Assembly (NCBI GenBank): GCA_965216755.1
Contig: CBDCGL010000011.1
Coordinates: 2,720,001 to 2,784,000, forward strand
DNA from: Alphaproteobacteria bacterium
Lineage (GTDB): Bacteria > Pseudomonadota > Alphaproteobacteria > UBA7887
Reading direction: 5' to 3'
Length of the DNA: 64,000 nt
Positions 20,277-30,408 of this stretch are shown here, one piece after another. The notes beneath the pieces were generated by a model that saw nothing but the letters and a program-made list of their open reading frames with translations, ran no database searches and was not told where the DNA came from. How positions within the stretch are numbered: the first letter of the stretch is position 1; each line of letters begins with the position of its first letter. The position numbers and the translations under genes were made by a program.

Positions 20277-21503
20277 TCACCCGGCGCGGGCTGCATCGAG
20301 CATTTGGCCGGCGAGTGCGGTCTCACCGAGGACCGTGCCCGGCACGCTGCGACCAAAGCCAAATGCATCGCCGTCGGCGGCGTCGCGGTCGGCGACCAGC
20401 ACACGGCCAAGCGCGCGACCACGTTCGACCATGGCCCGCCCGGCCGCCAGGCGCGCCGCGCCCCAGCCAGTGATGGCGCTGTCAATATCGTCGCCGGTGG
20501 CGGCAAACGCGTTGGCCAAAGCGATGGCGTCCTCCGCCGCCTTGGTCACGCCATAGCCGGTGTGGGGGCGCGCGACGAATGCGGCATCACCCAACAGCAG
20601 GGCGCGGTCAAACACGATCTCGGGGCATTGTAGATCGAATATTGCCTGCAAGAACGGGTGCTCAATGTGCGCGGCGAGCTCCGCATGGGGCGGCGCCAGT
20701 CGGCGTGCCGCATCAGCGCGCATGGTGGCGACGACCTCAGCGCGCATGCTCTTGGGCGGCACCGAAACCGCGCGGCGGCGTCCGTCGCGATCGGTGAGCA
20801 GCGCATCTTGCTCAGCCGGCGCACGCGCTTGGCGGTACCACACCCAGTTCAGCCGGCGCGCAGCCGGATCGGCGTCGCCCCCCTCGCCCGCCACCGGATA
20901 GCTCAGCGACTGTTCGCCCGGCGGCAGGCAAAACACGATATGCCGGCCCAGCGCGGCACGGGTGTCGGCGCTCGCCTGGGCCTCGGGCACCATGCCCCGC
21001 CAAGCGACATAGCCGGCGTAGTCGGGGCCGACATCCGGCAACAGGCACTCGCGCACTTCCGATCCGACACCGTCCGCGCCGACCAGCAAATCGGCGGTCT
21101 CACGCCGACCATCATCGAAGGTTGCCGTCACCTGGCCGCCCGACTGTTCGAGGTCACGAAAGCGCGCGCCACGGTGGTAAGCGCTATCCGGCAACGCGGC
21201 CCGCAAATGGCGAAACAGCAAGTCCCACGACGTGACCCGCTGGGTGAGGTCTTTGCCATCGACCACGCGCCCCTCACGGTCGAGCACCTTCCGGCCAACC
21301 AAGGTAACCGGCAACGCGGCATCGGCGTCGACGCCGGCGGTGGTGAGCGCGTCGATCAATTCCGGGTGCGCGGCGATCCCCGCGCCACGGCTTTCCAGCG
21401 CGTCCGCCGAGCGTTCGAACACATCCACTTGCCAGCGCTGTTGGCGCAACAGCAGCGCGGTGAACAGACCGGCCACGGAGCCGCCGATGATTAGCGCACG
21501 CAT
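20277..21503 (-). CDS. FAD-dependent monooxygenase, 2,6-dihydroxypyridine 3-hydroxylase-like
   Basis: IIGGSVAGL, LESRGAGI, GADGVGS, YAGYVAWRG, NWVWY, LLGDAAFVARPH..GVTKAA. Confidence 0.85.
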   Translation of the reverse strand: MRALIIGGSVAGLFTALLLRQQRWQVDVFERSADALESRGAGIAAHPELIDALTTAGVDADAALPVTLVGRKVLDREGRVVDGKDLTQRVTSWDLLFRHLRAALPDSAYHRGARFRDLEQSGGQVTATFDDGRRETADLLVGADGVGSEVRECLLPDVGPDYAGYVAWRGMVPEAQASADTRAALGRHIVFCLPPGEQSLSYPVAGEGGDADPAARRLNWVWYRQARAPAEQDALLTDRDGRRRAVSVPPKSMRAEVVATMRADAARRLAPPHAELAAHIEHPFLQAIFDLQCPEIVFDRALLLGDAAFVARPHTGYGVTKAAEDAIALANAFAATGDDIDSAITGWGAARLAAGRAMVERGRALGRVLVADRDAADGDAFGFGRSVPGTVLGETALAGQMLDAARAG

Positions 21504-21546
21504 CGTCCACTCCTTCTCGTCCTGATAGATCCCAAAGCCATCCCGC

Positions 21547-22278
21547 TCAGGCTCCCAAATAGTACCGCTTGACCAAGTCGCTATCACGCAGCGCGGCGGC
21601 GCTTTCCGCCACATGGGCGATTCGCCCATGCACGATAATCGCGCCGCGATCGGCGATGCGAATGGCCTGATTGAAATTCTGCTCGGCCATCAAAACGGTC
21701 AGGCCGTGACGGTCGCGCAAATCGCCAATCATGGTGATAATCCGGCTGGTCAGCAGCGGTGATAGCCCGACCGACGGTTCATCCACCACCAGCAATTGGG
21801 GGCAGGTCATCAGCGCCCGTGCCAGCGCCAGCATTTGCTGCTCGCCGCCGCTCATGCTGCCGGCGCGTTGGCTGCGACGCTGGGCGAGCACGGGAAACAC
21901 CGAAAAGCAAAAGTCCAGAGATTCGGTCAAGCGCGCCCGCGCCTGCGGACGGTAGGCGCCAAGCATCAGCGTCTCCTCGACCGTCATGTCCGGAAACAGT
22001 CGCCGGCCCTCTGGCACCAACGCAACGCCAAGATCGACGATCGCCTCGGGTTTTTTGCCGACAAGGTCGATGCGCATGCCGTCGCGATCCAGCCAGATCC
22101 GGCCGGCCGAGGGTCTGAGCAAACCGGTGACGCACTTGAGCAGCGTACTCTTGCCGTTGCCGTTGGCGCCGAGCAGAGCCAGCGTTTCGCCGGTGCCGAC
22201 CGTGAGGCTCACCCCGTGCAGCACGCCGATCCGGCCATAGCCGGCTTCGATGCCATCAATGGTCAGGCTAATCGCCAA
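21547..22278 (-). CDS. Liv-type ABC transporter ATPase (LivF-like)
   Basis: GANGNGKST, VPEGRRLF, MSGGEQQM, DEPSVGL. Confidence 0.93.
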   Translation of the reverse strand: MAISLTIDGIEAGYGRIGVLHGVSLTVGTGETLALLGANGNGKSTLLKCVTGLLRPSAGRIWLDRDGMRIDLVGKKPEAIVDLGVALVPEGRRLFPDMTVEETLMLGAYRPQARARLTESLDFCFSVFPVLAQRRSQRAGSMSGGEQQMLALARALMTCPQLLVVDEPSVGLSPLLTSRIITMIGDLRDRHGLTVLMAEQNFNQAIRIADRGAIIVHGRIAHVAESAAALRDSDLVKRYYLGA

Positions 22279-22981
22279 GGTAGGCCCTTTCCACTTCTCG
22301 ATTGCGCATGATTTCGTCCGGCGTGCCCTCGGCGATCAAGTTCCCGGCATCAAGCACGACAATGCGTTCGCAGAACCCCATAACCGCGCGCATGATGTGT
22401 TCGATCATGATCACCGCGATGCCGCGCGCGCAGATATCGTGAAGCAAAGCCACGATCTCGTCGATCTCGTGCGCGGAAAGGCCGGCCATCGCTTCGTCAG
22501 AAACCAACAGGCGTGGTCCGGCAGCGAGGGCGCGCGCGAGTTCGAGCTTGCGCAGCTCAATTTGATTGAGCGTGCTTGCGGGCTCATCCGCTTTCATCGA
22601 CAGCCCGACTTGCGCCAATATCCGTTGTGACTCGCCGGTGGCATCGGTATGGCGGCGCGCGTAATCGAGCGGGATGCGCAGATTCTCCGCCACCGTCATG
22701 GTCGCAAACGGGCGCGGAATCTGGAAACTGCGGGCAATGCCGAGCCGCGTGCGCTGGTGCGCCGGCACGCCGCCAATGTCACGCCCGGCAAAAATGATGC
22801 GACCACCATCGTGGCGCAGCAAGCCCGAGACACAGTTGATCAACGTTGTCTTGCCTGAACCGTTGGGGCCGATCAATCCCAGCCGTTCGCCTTCGGCCAC
22901 GACCAGCGTAATGTCACGCAGGGCGACAAAACCGCCAAAGCGCTTGCCGACCCCGTCGACGCTGAGCAGCGGCGCGGTCAT
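22268..22981 (-). CDS. Liv-type ABC transporter ATPase (LivG-like)
   Basis: MTAPLLSV..FGG, GPNGSGKTT, GIARSFQ, IEHIM, AYLG. ATG 22981 overlaps the upstream stop. Confidence 0.92.
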   Translation of the reverse strand: MTAPLLSVDGVGKRFGGFVALRDITLVVAEGERLGLIGPNGSGKTTLINCVSGLLRHDGGRIIFAGRDIGGVPAHQRTRLGIARSFQIPRPFATMTVAENLRIPLDYARRHTDATGESQRILAQVGLSMKADEPASTLNQIELRKLELARALAAGPRLLVSDEAMAGLSAHEIDEIVALLHDICARGIAVIMIEHIMRAVMGFCERIVVLDAGNLIAEGTPDEIMRNREVERAYLGD

Positions 22982-23931
22982 CGCCCGCGAATCCGGGTCG
23001 CGAGGGTTCGCCATAGACTGACCAAGCCGCCCGGCGCGGCGATCACGAACGCCACCAGCGTCACGCCGACAATCAGCAGATTGAGTTCGGACGAAATGGT
23101 CACGGTCGCCACCTGTTGCAGGGTCGCGAGCAACAGGGCGCCGACCACCGGGCCGAACCAGGTCCCTGCCCCGCCAACCATCGGCATGGCCACGGCGTTG
23201 ACGGCGATATCCAGGCTGAAGACTGAGGGCGGGTCGACGAACGTAATGTAATAAGGAAACGGCGCGCCCGCGAGCCCCATCAGCGCGCCGCTGATGGTCG
23301 TGGCGATCAGTTTCAGGCGAAGTGTCGGCACGCCCGCGCATTCCGCCGCCTGTTCGTCGTCGCGGATCGCGGCGAGGCCGCGACCCAGGCGCGAATGCTC
23401 GATGGTGCGCGCGCACACCACAGCACCCACCGCCAGGATCAGCATCAGCCAGAACAGGAAGGTCACGTAACTGGCAAAGCCCGGCACGGTCTGCGGCCTG
23501 AGCACGAAGCTTCCAGCGGCGCCGCCGACAAAGTCCCAATTGGCGATCAGCGTTTCCAGCACCAGCGCCAGCGCCAACGTCGCGATGGCGAAGTAGACGT
23601 TGCGCAGGCGCAAGGTCAGATAACCGGTGCCGAGCCCGATCAGGCCAGCTACCACGCCGGCGGCCGGCACGGTCACCAGTAGGGGCAATTCCGCCAGCTT
23701 CATCAGCGCGATGGTGGTATAGGCGCCGGCGGCGAAGAACGCCGCGCTACCGAAATTGACGTAACCGGCATAACCGCCCAGGATGTTCCAGGCCGTGGCG
23801 ATGACCACAAACTGCAAAATCACATAGCCAGCAAAGAAATAATATTCGTTGCCGATCAGGTGACAAAGGCCGTAGCCGGCGGCAATCACCGCCAGGGCCG
23901 CACCCGCGAAGGCGGCACGGCCTAGCTCCAT
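22978..23931 (-). CDS. Liv-type ABC permease (LivM-like)
   Basis: WNILGGYAGYVNFG, LRLRNVYFAIATL, AIRDDEQAA, multiple TM segments. Confidence 0.9.
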   Translation of the reverse strand: MELGRAAFAGAALAVIAAGYGLCHLIGNEYYFFAGYVILQFVVIATAWNILGGYAGYVNFGSAAFFAAGAYTTIALMKLAELPLLVTVPAAGVVAGLIGLGTGYLTLRLRNVYFAIATLALALVLETLIANWDFVGGAAGSFVLRPQTVPGFASYVTFLFWLMLILAVGAVVCARTIEHSRLGRGLAAIRDDEQAAECAGVPTLRLKLIATTISGALMGLAGAPFPYYITFVDPPSVFSLDIAVNAVAMPMVGGAGTWFGPVVGALLLATLQQVATVTISSELNLLIVGVTLVAFVIAAPGGLVSLWRTLATRIRGR

Positions 23932-24794
23932 CGTCCCGCCAGTCCCGAGGGCCGCACCGCAAGCGCGATCAGCAAAAATCCGAACACCACCGCCGGCGCC
24001 CATGACGGTCCGTAGAATGTCGCCGTCAAGCTTTCGACGACGCCAAGCGCGAGCGCGGCGAACAGCGTGCCGGCGACGCTGCCCATGCCGCCGAGCACCA
24101 CGATCGCGAACACCCGTCCGATATAACCGCGCCCGATCGACGGTTCGACCGGGCCAATCACGATGAGTAGGGCACCAGCAATGCTGGCCGTGGCAAGGGC
24201 CAAACCGAAGGCAAGCCTGCGAATGCGCTGCGGATCGGCGGCGACGAGTTGCAAGGCGACCGGGTCCTGGGCGACGGCGCGGATGGCGCGGCCGAAAAAC
24301 GTCCGCGTCAGCAACAGATGCAGCCCGCCGACCAGCACCAACGCCACCGCGAACGGCACCAGCATGCGCAGCGGCAAGACGACGCCGGCGATCTCGAATG
24401 TGGCACCGATATAGGGCGCCGAAACCAAACGGTAGTCGACGCCGTAGGCCAGGATCAGGCCAACCTCGACAATGAACATCAGGCCGAAGAAAAATGCGAG
24501 GCCGCGCAACGAATCCGCCTCGCGTGCCTCAAAGACCGCGTGATAGGCGGCATAGAGCAGGACGCCGCCAACGAAGAACAGCGGCGCCATGAGCAAGCCG
24601 GCCGCAATGGGGTCAAGCCCCAGGCTGGCGCTGACAGCAAAAGCGAGATAGGCGCCCAAGATGACAAACGCCGGATGGGCGATGTTGACAATGTTCAAAT
24701 AGCCGAACGCAAGCGTCAGGCCAAGCGTTACGGCGGCATAGAAACCGCCGAGCATCAACCCGGAGGCAATCGCGGCGGGCAGAAGCTCGGCCAT
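23922..24794 (-). CDS. Liv-type ABC permease (LivH-like)
   Basis: GLTLAFGYLNIVNIAH, GRAIRAVAQD, VVLGGMGS, RPSGL. Confidence 0.9.
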   Translation of the reverse strand: MAELLPAAIASGLMLGGFYAAVTLGLTLAFGYLNIVNIAHPAFVILGAYLAFAVSASLGLDPIAAGLLMAPLFFVGGVLLYAAYHAVFEAREADSLRGLAFFFGLMFIVEVGLILAYGVDYRLVSAPYIGATFEIAGVVLPLRMLVPFAVALVLVGGLHLLLTRTFFGRAIRAVAQDPVALQLVAADPQRIRRLAFGLALATASIAGALLIVIGPVEPSIGRGYIGRVFAIVVLGGMGSVAGTLFAALALGVVESLTATFYGPSWAPAVVFGFLLIALAVRPSGLAGRWS

Positions 24795-24806
24795 CGGCCG
24801 CAATGA

Positions 24807-26063
24807 TTACTGGCGCGCGGCAGCAAACGGCGCGATCAATTCGCCCGATTTCCAGGCGGGCGGATCAAGAACAACACGCGTGCCCTCGCGCGAAAACGGC
24901 GCCAGACCTGATTCGGTGATCCCCTGAAACTGAACGATTAGCACGCGACCTTCGCGCCATTCGCCGTCGTCGCCAAACCGAATCGTACCGACCACGGTGT
25001 CGAATGTATTGGCGTGTATATATTCCGCCAGCGCCTTCTGGTCGAGGCCACCGGTGCCTTCCACGGCGGCCGCCAATACTTGCATATAGGCATAGGCAAA
25101 TGGCGGCAGATAGTAGCCCAGCGGATCAACCTCGCCGCCAGCGGCGGCCGCTTGATATTTTTCCAGAAACGCATCGATACCGGGAAAATTGAGAGTCGGC
25201 GCCGGCACCCAAAAATCATAGTTGACGAATCCGTTGAGCATCGGCCCAAGGGCTTCCATCAGCGTCGCATATTGCAGCCCCACCATGCCACCACCGATCT
25301 GCCGCACATCCAGGCCAAGCTCAGCGACCGTGCGCACGATTCCGGCTGAATCTGGCGGATAGGACGCTACGTAAACCACCTCGGCGCCCGAGGCTTGGAT
25401 GGCGCGGATGATCGGCGTGAAGTCGACCGTGCTGGGCGGATAGGTGTCGTCATAGACGATCTCAAGGCCGGCGGCCTCGGCGTTGACACGCGCGCCGATC
25501 AAAGCATTGCGCGGGAACTCGGCATCGGCGCCAACCAGAGCCACGGTTTGCGGCTGCGGGTCCATGGCCATGGCGACGTCGAAGAAGCCTCGCGACCAAC
25601 CAATGCGCGGCTCCGGTCCCGCCGGCATGATCTGGAAATAGCGGTCGTAGCCGAACTCTTCGTTGGCGGCGAGACCGAACAACGACATGAAAACATGACC
25701 GTAGTTCATGGCGATCGGCATGGCCGGCGCAATGGTCGCGGTGCCGTAGCCGGAAACGATCAGATCGACACGGTCAACGTTGATCAGCTTGGTATAGATC
25801 GCCGGCACCTTGGACGGGCTGGTCTGGTCGTCGTAGTAGACCAGCTCCACCGGCCGGCCGAGCAGACCGCCGGCCGCGTTCACATCTTCGGTCCAAATAT
25901 TCATGGCAATCAACGCGGCATTGCCGGCACCGGCCAGTGCGCCGGTTTGTGCCATGCCGAAGCCAATCTTGATCGGGTCCTGCGCGGGCGCTGGCGTTAC
26001 CGCCGCGAAAACCGACGTCCAAACCGCAACTGCCGCCAAAATGAGCCGTGAACGTATCCCCAT
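24807..26063 (-). CDS. Liv-type ABC substrate-binding protein
   Basis: Signal peptide, PIKIG..TGALA, VNAAGGLLGRPVELVYYDD. GGAGG RBS before ATG 26063. Confidence 0.9.
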   Translation of the reverse strand: MGIRSRLILAAVAVWTSVFAAVTPAPAQDPIKIGFGMAQTGALAGAGNAALIAMNIWTEDVNAAGGLLGRPVELVYYDDQTSPSKVPAIYTKLINVDRVDLIVSGYGTATIAPAMPIAMNYGHVFMSLFGLAANEEFGYDRYFQIMPAGPEPRIGWSRGFFDVAMAMDPQPQTVALVGADAEFPRNALIGARVNAEAAGLEIVYDDTYPPSTVDFTPIIRAIQASGAEVVYVASYPPDSAGIVRTVAELGLDVRQIGGGMVGLQYATLMEALGPMLNGFVNYDFWVPAPTLNFPGIDAFLEKYQAAAAGGEVDPLGYYLPPFAYAYMQVLAAAVEGTGGLDQKALAEYIHANTFDTVVGTIRFGDDGEWREGRVLIVQFQGITESGLAPFSREGTRVVLDPPAWKSGELIAPFAAARQ

Positions 26064-26109
26064 GACGCGATCCTCCCCTGGTTCTGCCCGCTTTAACGGT
26101 AAGCATAGT

Positions 26110-27039
26110 CTAGCTCGCCGGGCGCTCCAAACCGGTGGCGTCGGCGGTTGCCACCAGACCGGCGTCCTCCGATACCGCCTGGTCGAGCGCGGCCCAGTCA
26201 AGCTCACCATGGCCCTTGGCCACCGATGCCATGAGCCGGTCTCGCACCAAGCTCGCGATCGGCATCGGCACGCCGAGGGCGTGGGCGGCCTCCAGCGCAA
26301 GGGTCACGTCCTTCAAGCCAAGGACCAGGCGAAAGCCCGCGGGCGTGAAGCGACGTCGCGCAATGGCATCGCCATAGCCCTTGTAGACCGGGCAATCGAA
26401 CAGCGAACTCGCCAGCAGTTCAATAAACGCGACACGGTCGATGCCGCTTTTCTCCACGAATGCGCACGACTCGGCCATGGTCTCGATCGCCGAGGCGATC
26501 ATCGCGTTGCCGGCCAGCTTGACCGCGTTGGCGGTGCCCGGTGCCTCGCCGAAATCCGTGACGCCACGGCTGAACGCGGGAAACAGGTCGGCCAGCCGTT
26601 GTTTCGGTGCCAACTCGCCCGACAATGCGATGCGCAATTGTCCGGCCGCGGCTATCGGCGGGCGGCCGAATACGGGCGCGCACAAATAGTGGCCGCCGGC
26701 ATCTTTGTGCAGGGCGTGCATGCGGCGCCCGGTGGCGACCGCCACCGTGCTCATCGACACATGGACGCCGCCCACGCCGAGGTGGGCGAGGATTCCGTCG
26801 GGTCCTGAGGTCACCGCGTCCAGCGCTTTGTCGTCGCTCAAAATGCTGAACACGACGCCGCCCGGCGGCGTCGCCGCGCCAGGGGTTTCGGCGACCTTTG
26901 CACCGGCCGCGGCAAGCGGTTCCGTTTTGTCGGGCGTGCGGTTGTACACAGTCACCTGGTGGCCGGCATCGACCAACCGCTGGGCGATGCCCCGGCCCAT
27001 ATTGCCGAGACCGATGAATCCGACCGTTTCGCCCATCAT
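26110..27039 (-). CDS. NAD(P)-dependent beta-hydroxyacid dehydrogenase (HIBADH/6PGDH-like)
   Basis: GFIGLGNMG, VYNRT, APVFG, AVKLAGN, LGLKD. Confidence 0.9.
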   Translation of the reverse strand: MMGETVGFIGLGNMGRGIAQRLVDAGHQVTVYNRTPDKTEPLAAAGAKVAETPGAATPPGGVVFSILSDDKALDAVTSGPDGILAHLGVGGVHVSMSTVAVATGRRMHALHKDAGGHYLCAPVFGRPPIAAAGQLRIALSGELAPKQRLADLFPAFSRGVTDFGEAPGTANAVKLAGNAMIASAIETMAESCAFVEKSGIDRVAFIELLASSLFDCPVYKGYGDAIARRRFTPAGFRLVLGLKDVTLALEAAHALGVPMPIASLVRDRLMASVAKGHGELDWAALDQAVSEDAGLVATADATGLERPAS

Positions 27040-27426
27040 GTTCCTCCCTTTTTTGACCCAGTTCCCGGCTGGCGCTGTGGCGGGTCAGACACCCGCGGCC
27101 AACCCCCTGCATCCCGGCATGGCGCCCAAGCACAACGATCATACGAGATACCGATTGTTTGCGCCGCCCATTTGGCCGGTGCCCGACTTCCGGAATTGGC
27201 CAACCTCGACTGTCGCGCGCGCAGCCGCGCGTGTTTCCGTATCGGCCCTTGTGGGCCGAACCCGTCATCAGTGCGCGCGGACCAAAGTCACGCAAGCGAA
27301 CCCAATAGTTTACATCAAGCTATCAAAGATGCGCGGAGGCAACAAAGTGGCGCCGGCCACGTCAGACGATCGAGCCCAACCTCGTTCGGGCATCCATTGA
27401 ATCTGTTGACCGGGATGATTCGCGGT

Positions 27427-27780
27427 TTAGCGTTTTGCCAAACGTGATCTCTTGCCCGGGTTCACGTCATTCTCCTGGGTTCCCCAGTCATGGAGCGCCT
27501 TCAAAACCGGACCCAAACGCTGCCCCTTGGCGGTCAACATATATTTTGCACGGGGCGGATAATCCGAATACAGCCGCCGCTTAACAATGCCATTTTGCTC
27601 AAGGGATTTGAGCCGCGCCGAAAGCGTGGTGGGCGTGATTGTCTCAAGTGATTCAAGGAAATCCTGGAATCGCCGCGGCCCGTCTCTGAACAGATCACGC
27701 AAAACGAGTAAGGCCCAACGCTCACCGACCACATCGAGTGCCCGCGCAATAGGGCACCGCAGACCATATCCCTTCGTCAT
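27427..27780 (-). CDS. HxlR-family winged-helix regulator
   Basis: CPIARALDVVGERWALLVLRDL..RRF, LSARLKSLE, YMLTAKG. Confidence 0.92.
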   Translation of the reverse strand: MTKGYGLRCPIARALDVVGERWALLVLRDLFRDGPRRFQDFLESLETITPTTLSARLKSLEQNGIVKRRLYSDYPPRAKYMLTAKGQRLGPVLKALHDWGTQENDVNPGKRSRLAKR

Positions 27781-27912
27781 GCAGAACCTATACGACTTTG
27801 CCTAGTATTCGACAATAGACTACGATTTATATACTTAATCGATTTGATGGAGTAAGGTGCGGTTCGCGCGAGACGAGACCGCCTCCATTACCAACCAGCG
27901 GGGATCGTTATT

Positions 27913-28842
27913 TTGCCTACACAGGACAATATCGATTGGAGCTTCGGCGGCACCTGGCCATACACCCCAAAATGGTTCGATTCGGCAGACGGCCGACTGC
28001 ACTATGTCGACGAGGGCCCACGCGAAGGACGGCCGGTCGTTTTGGTTCACGGCAATCCCACTTGGGGATATCTGTACAGGAATTTTATTGATCCGCTTGT
28101 CGAAGCCGGTCATCGCGTGATCGTACCGGACCACCTTGGCTTCGGACGTTCGGATAAACCGACCGACCGCGCGTTATATCGAATTCCACAACATGCAGAC
28201 CGTTTGGAGGCATTGCTCGAATCATTGGATCTCTCCAACGTGACAGTCGTCCCACAGGACTGGGGCGGTCCGATCGGACTTGCCTGGGCAGGACGACACC
28301 CCGAGCGAATTCAGGGCCTGTTCATTTTGAACACGTTCGCCCACAAACCGAGAACCGACTACAAGCCCCCCCTAGCACTCAGACTGTTTCGGACACCCGG
28401 AATTGGTGAGATTCTGGTTAAAGGTATGCACGTCTTTGTCCGCGGATTTCTCTTCGGACAAGGGATTGTCAAGCACGATCGGCTAACCAAGAATGTGCGA
28501 CAAGCCTATCTCACGCCACATCCGAATTGGTCGTCACGCACAGGGATATTGGTTTTTCCGCGAGAGATACCGGCCACGCCAACGGCACCACTCAGCCCGT
28601 TTCTAGCGGATGTCGAAGCTGGCCTTCTGCAACTTAGGGATCGCGCCGTTTTTATTGTATGGGCGATGAAAGACCCGGCGTTTAGGCCGGAATTCGTGGA
28701 GTTGCTTTGGAAAAACACTTTTCCTGATGCGGAGGTATTGAGACTGCCGAATGCCGGACATTACCTGCAAGAGGACGCTCATGAAGAAATCGTTCCTGTA
28801 CTGCTTGACTTCCTAGAATCGGCAAAAAAGTCCGCACCGTAG
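27913..28842 (+). CDS. Haloalkane dehalogenase-like alpha/beta hydrolase
   Basis: HYVDEG, HGNPTW, PDHLGFGRSDKP, nucleophile QDWGG, AGHYLQED. TTG start uncertain. Confidence 0.88.
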   Translation: MPTQDNIDWSFGGTWPYTPKWFDSADGRLHYVDEGPREGRPVVLVHGNPTWGYLYRNFIDPLVEAGHRVIVPDHLGFGRSDKPTDRALYRIPQHADRLEALLESLDLSNVTVVPQDWGGPIGLAWAGRHPERIQGLFILNTFAHKPRTDYKPPLALRLFRTPGIGEILVKGMHVFVRGFLFGQGIVKHDRLTKNVRQAYLTPHPNWSSRTGILVFPREIPATPTAPLSPFLADVEAGLLQLRDRAVFIVWAMKDPAFRPEFVELLWKNTFPDAEVLRLPNAGHYLQEDAHEEIVPVLLDFLESAKKSAP

Positions 28843-29402
28843 AATAGGCTTTTTGCCAGGTGCGTCGACGAATTGTCATACAACTTTCGGGGGCCAAAGT
28901 TTGGAACCGATCCGGCAAGCCCGCTGTGCCGCAGATGTTCGGAGCGCGGGCCTGGTAAGCTCACCATTTGTGCCCAACAATCTAGGGTGACACGTGCTGT
29001 AACCCCTGACGTTCGCCCCTTAGGCAACCAACAATCGGCCAATGAACAGGTCGCAAAAGAACAACCCAAATGCGTCCTTGCTGCTTGTCCCCGTGGGGCG
29101 CAAGGTCCGGGTCTGATGCGACGAATAGCCCCTTGACCAGCAGCGCAATATGTCATTGTGCGGTGCCTTGAGAGAACCGCGAAGGAGGGGCCGACGCAAT
29201 AAAGGACGTTATTACAGTTAGATTGAAAGGCTGCGCGTCCTGTCCTTGGCATCGCCAGGCCAGTGTGACAACTGGGTGAGGCACCGACTTTCACGCCCCG
29301 TGAATTTGATTCAAACGTCCGGGCAGCTGCGAGCCACTCACAAACCAGCGATCAAGCTGCCCAAAACGTTGGCCGCCGACTTGCGGCTGGCGGCGCTGTG
29401 CC

Positions 29403-30287
29403 TCAGCTGAAGCGCCGGCCGACCATGGCCTCGGAATCGACCCCGGCGTAGAGGATCTCGCGTTTTCCTTCCATATCCCGCTGACAGCGCGCAAATTCTT
29501 CGTCAAGCAAGCGGCCCTTGGGCGGTTCGAGCAAGGTGAAATGACCGAAGCGGTCCTCGCCGCTGACCAATGAAACGATCGGCTTAAAGCCCGTTTGCTG
29601 CTTCATCGACGGTGTGATGTAACGAATGGCCGAGGCGATGCGCCGGTCATCCGACCGGTTGGGGCCGGACGCATGAAATAGATGCCCGTGATGCATGGAC
29701 ATCTGGCCAGCCCGCAGCTCGATAGCCACGGCCTCAGCCTCGTCGACCTCGACCGCGATCTCTTGGCCACGAGTCAACAGATTGTTCGCGGCAAAAGTGT
29801 CCACATGCGGCACGGCGCGCTCCAGGTGGCTGCCGGGCACAAAGCGCATGCATCCACTTTCGATCGTCGCTGGCGATAACGCCATCCAGCAAGTGACCTC
29901 TTCGACATCGTCGAGGCCCCAATAGGTCAGGTCCTGGTGCCATGAAACAATGTTGGGGCTTTGCGCCTCCTTGATGAACAAAGCCGCGCTCCAGACCATC
30001 AGGTCGGGCCCAAGCACTTGTCGCGCCGCTGCCACCAGCTTCGGGTGACGGATCAAGCGATCGAATGACGGCAGCAGCCGATCGGGGTAGGCGCGCAACA
30101 GGCCAAGGTGCTTGGGATCATCGGCGAGCTCCGCCTCGGCGGCCTCAAGGTCCGCCCGGATGGTGCGCGTCTCGTCCGGGTCGAGGATGCCAAACGGAAA
30201 GGCAAAGCCATCCCGATGATAGTTCGCCGCAAGCCCCGCCGTCGCGTTCGGTTCCCGCGCGGCATCGGCGGACCCTGGTGTTGCCAT
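29403..30287 (-). CDS. PhyH-family dioxygenase
   Basis: FIKEA..VSWHQDLTYWG, GCMRFVPGSH, HHGHLFHASGPNRS..R. Confidence 0.9.
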   Translation of the reverse strand: MATPGSADAAREPNATAGLAANYHRDGFAFPFGILDPDETRTIRADLEAAEAELADDPKHLGLLRAYPDRLLPSFDRLIRHPKLVAAARQVLGPDLMVWSAALFIKEAQSPNIVSWHQDLTYWGLDDVEEVTCWMALSPATIESGCMRFVPGSHLERAVPHVDTFAANNLLTRGQEIAVEVDEAEAVAIELRAGQMSMHHGHLFHASGPNRSDDRRIASAIRYITPSMKQQTGFKPIVSLVSGEDRFGHFTLLEPPKGRLLDEEFARCQRDMEGKREILYAGVDSEAMVGRRFS

Positions 30288-30360
30288 ACTCACGATCCCG
30301 TCCTCCACATTATCATCAACGCATTGCACAACTTAGTATGGACGACTTTCGAACATCTAC

Positions 30361-30395
30361 AAAATCGATATATTTGATACATTCATATCGATTTT
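30361..30395. promoter_or_regulatory. Candidate LysR operator in a divergent promoter
   Basis: Perfect 11-bp inverted repeat AAAATCGATAT (30361-30371) / ATATCGATTTT (30385-30395), containing ATC-N9-GAT (30364-30378). Confidence 0.6.
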
Positions 30396-30408
30396 ACGGA
30401 TATTTGGA

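Noticed and set aside
28850-29400. 550-bp gap with short ORFs
   Set aside because: No convincing ORF, repeat or RNA structure was seen.
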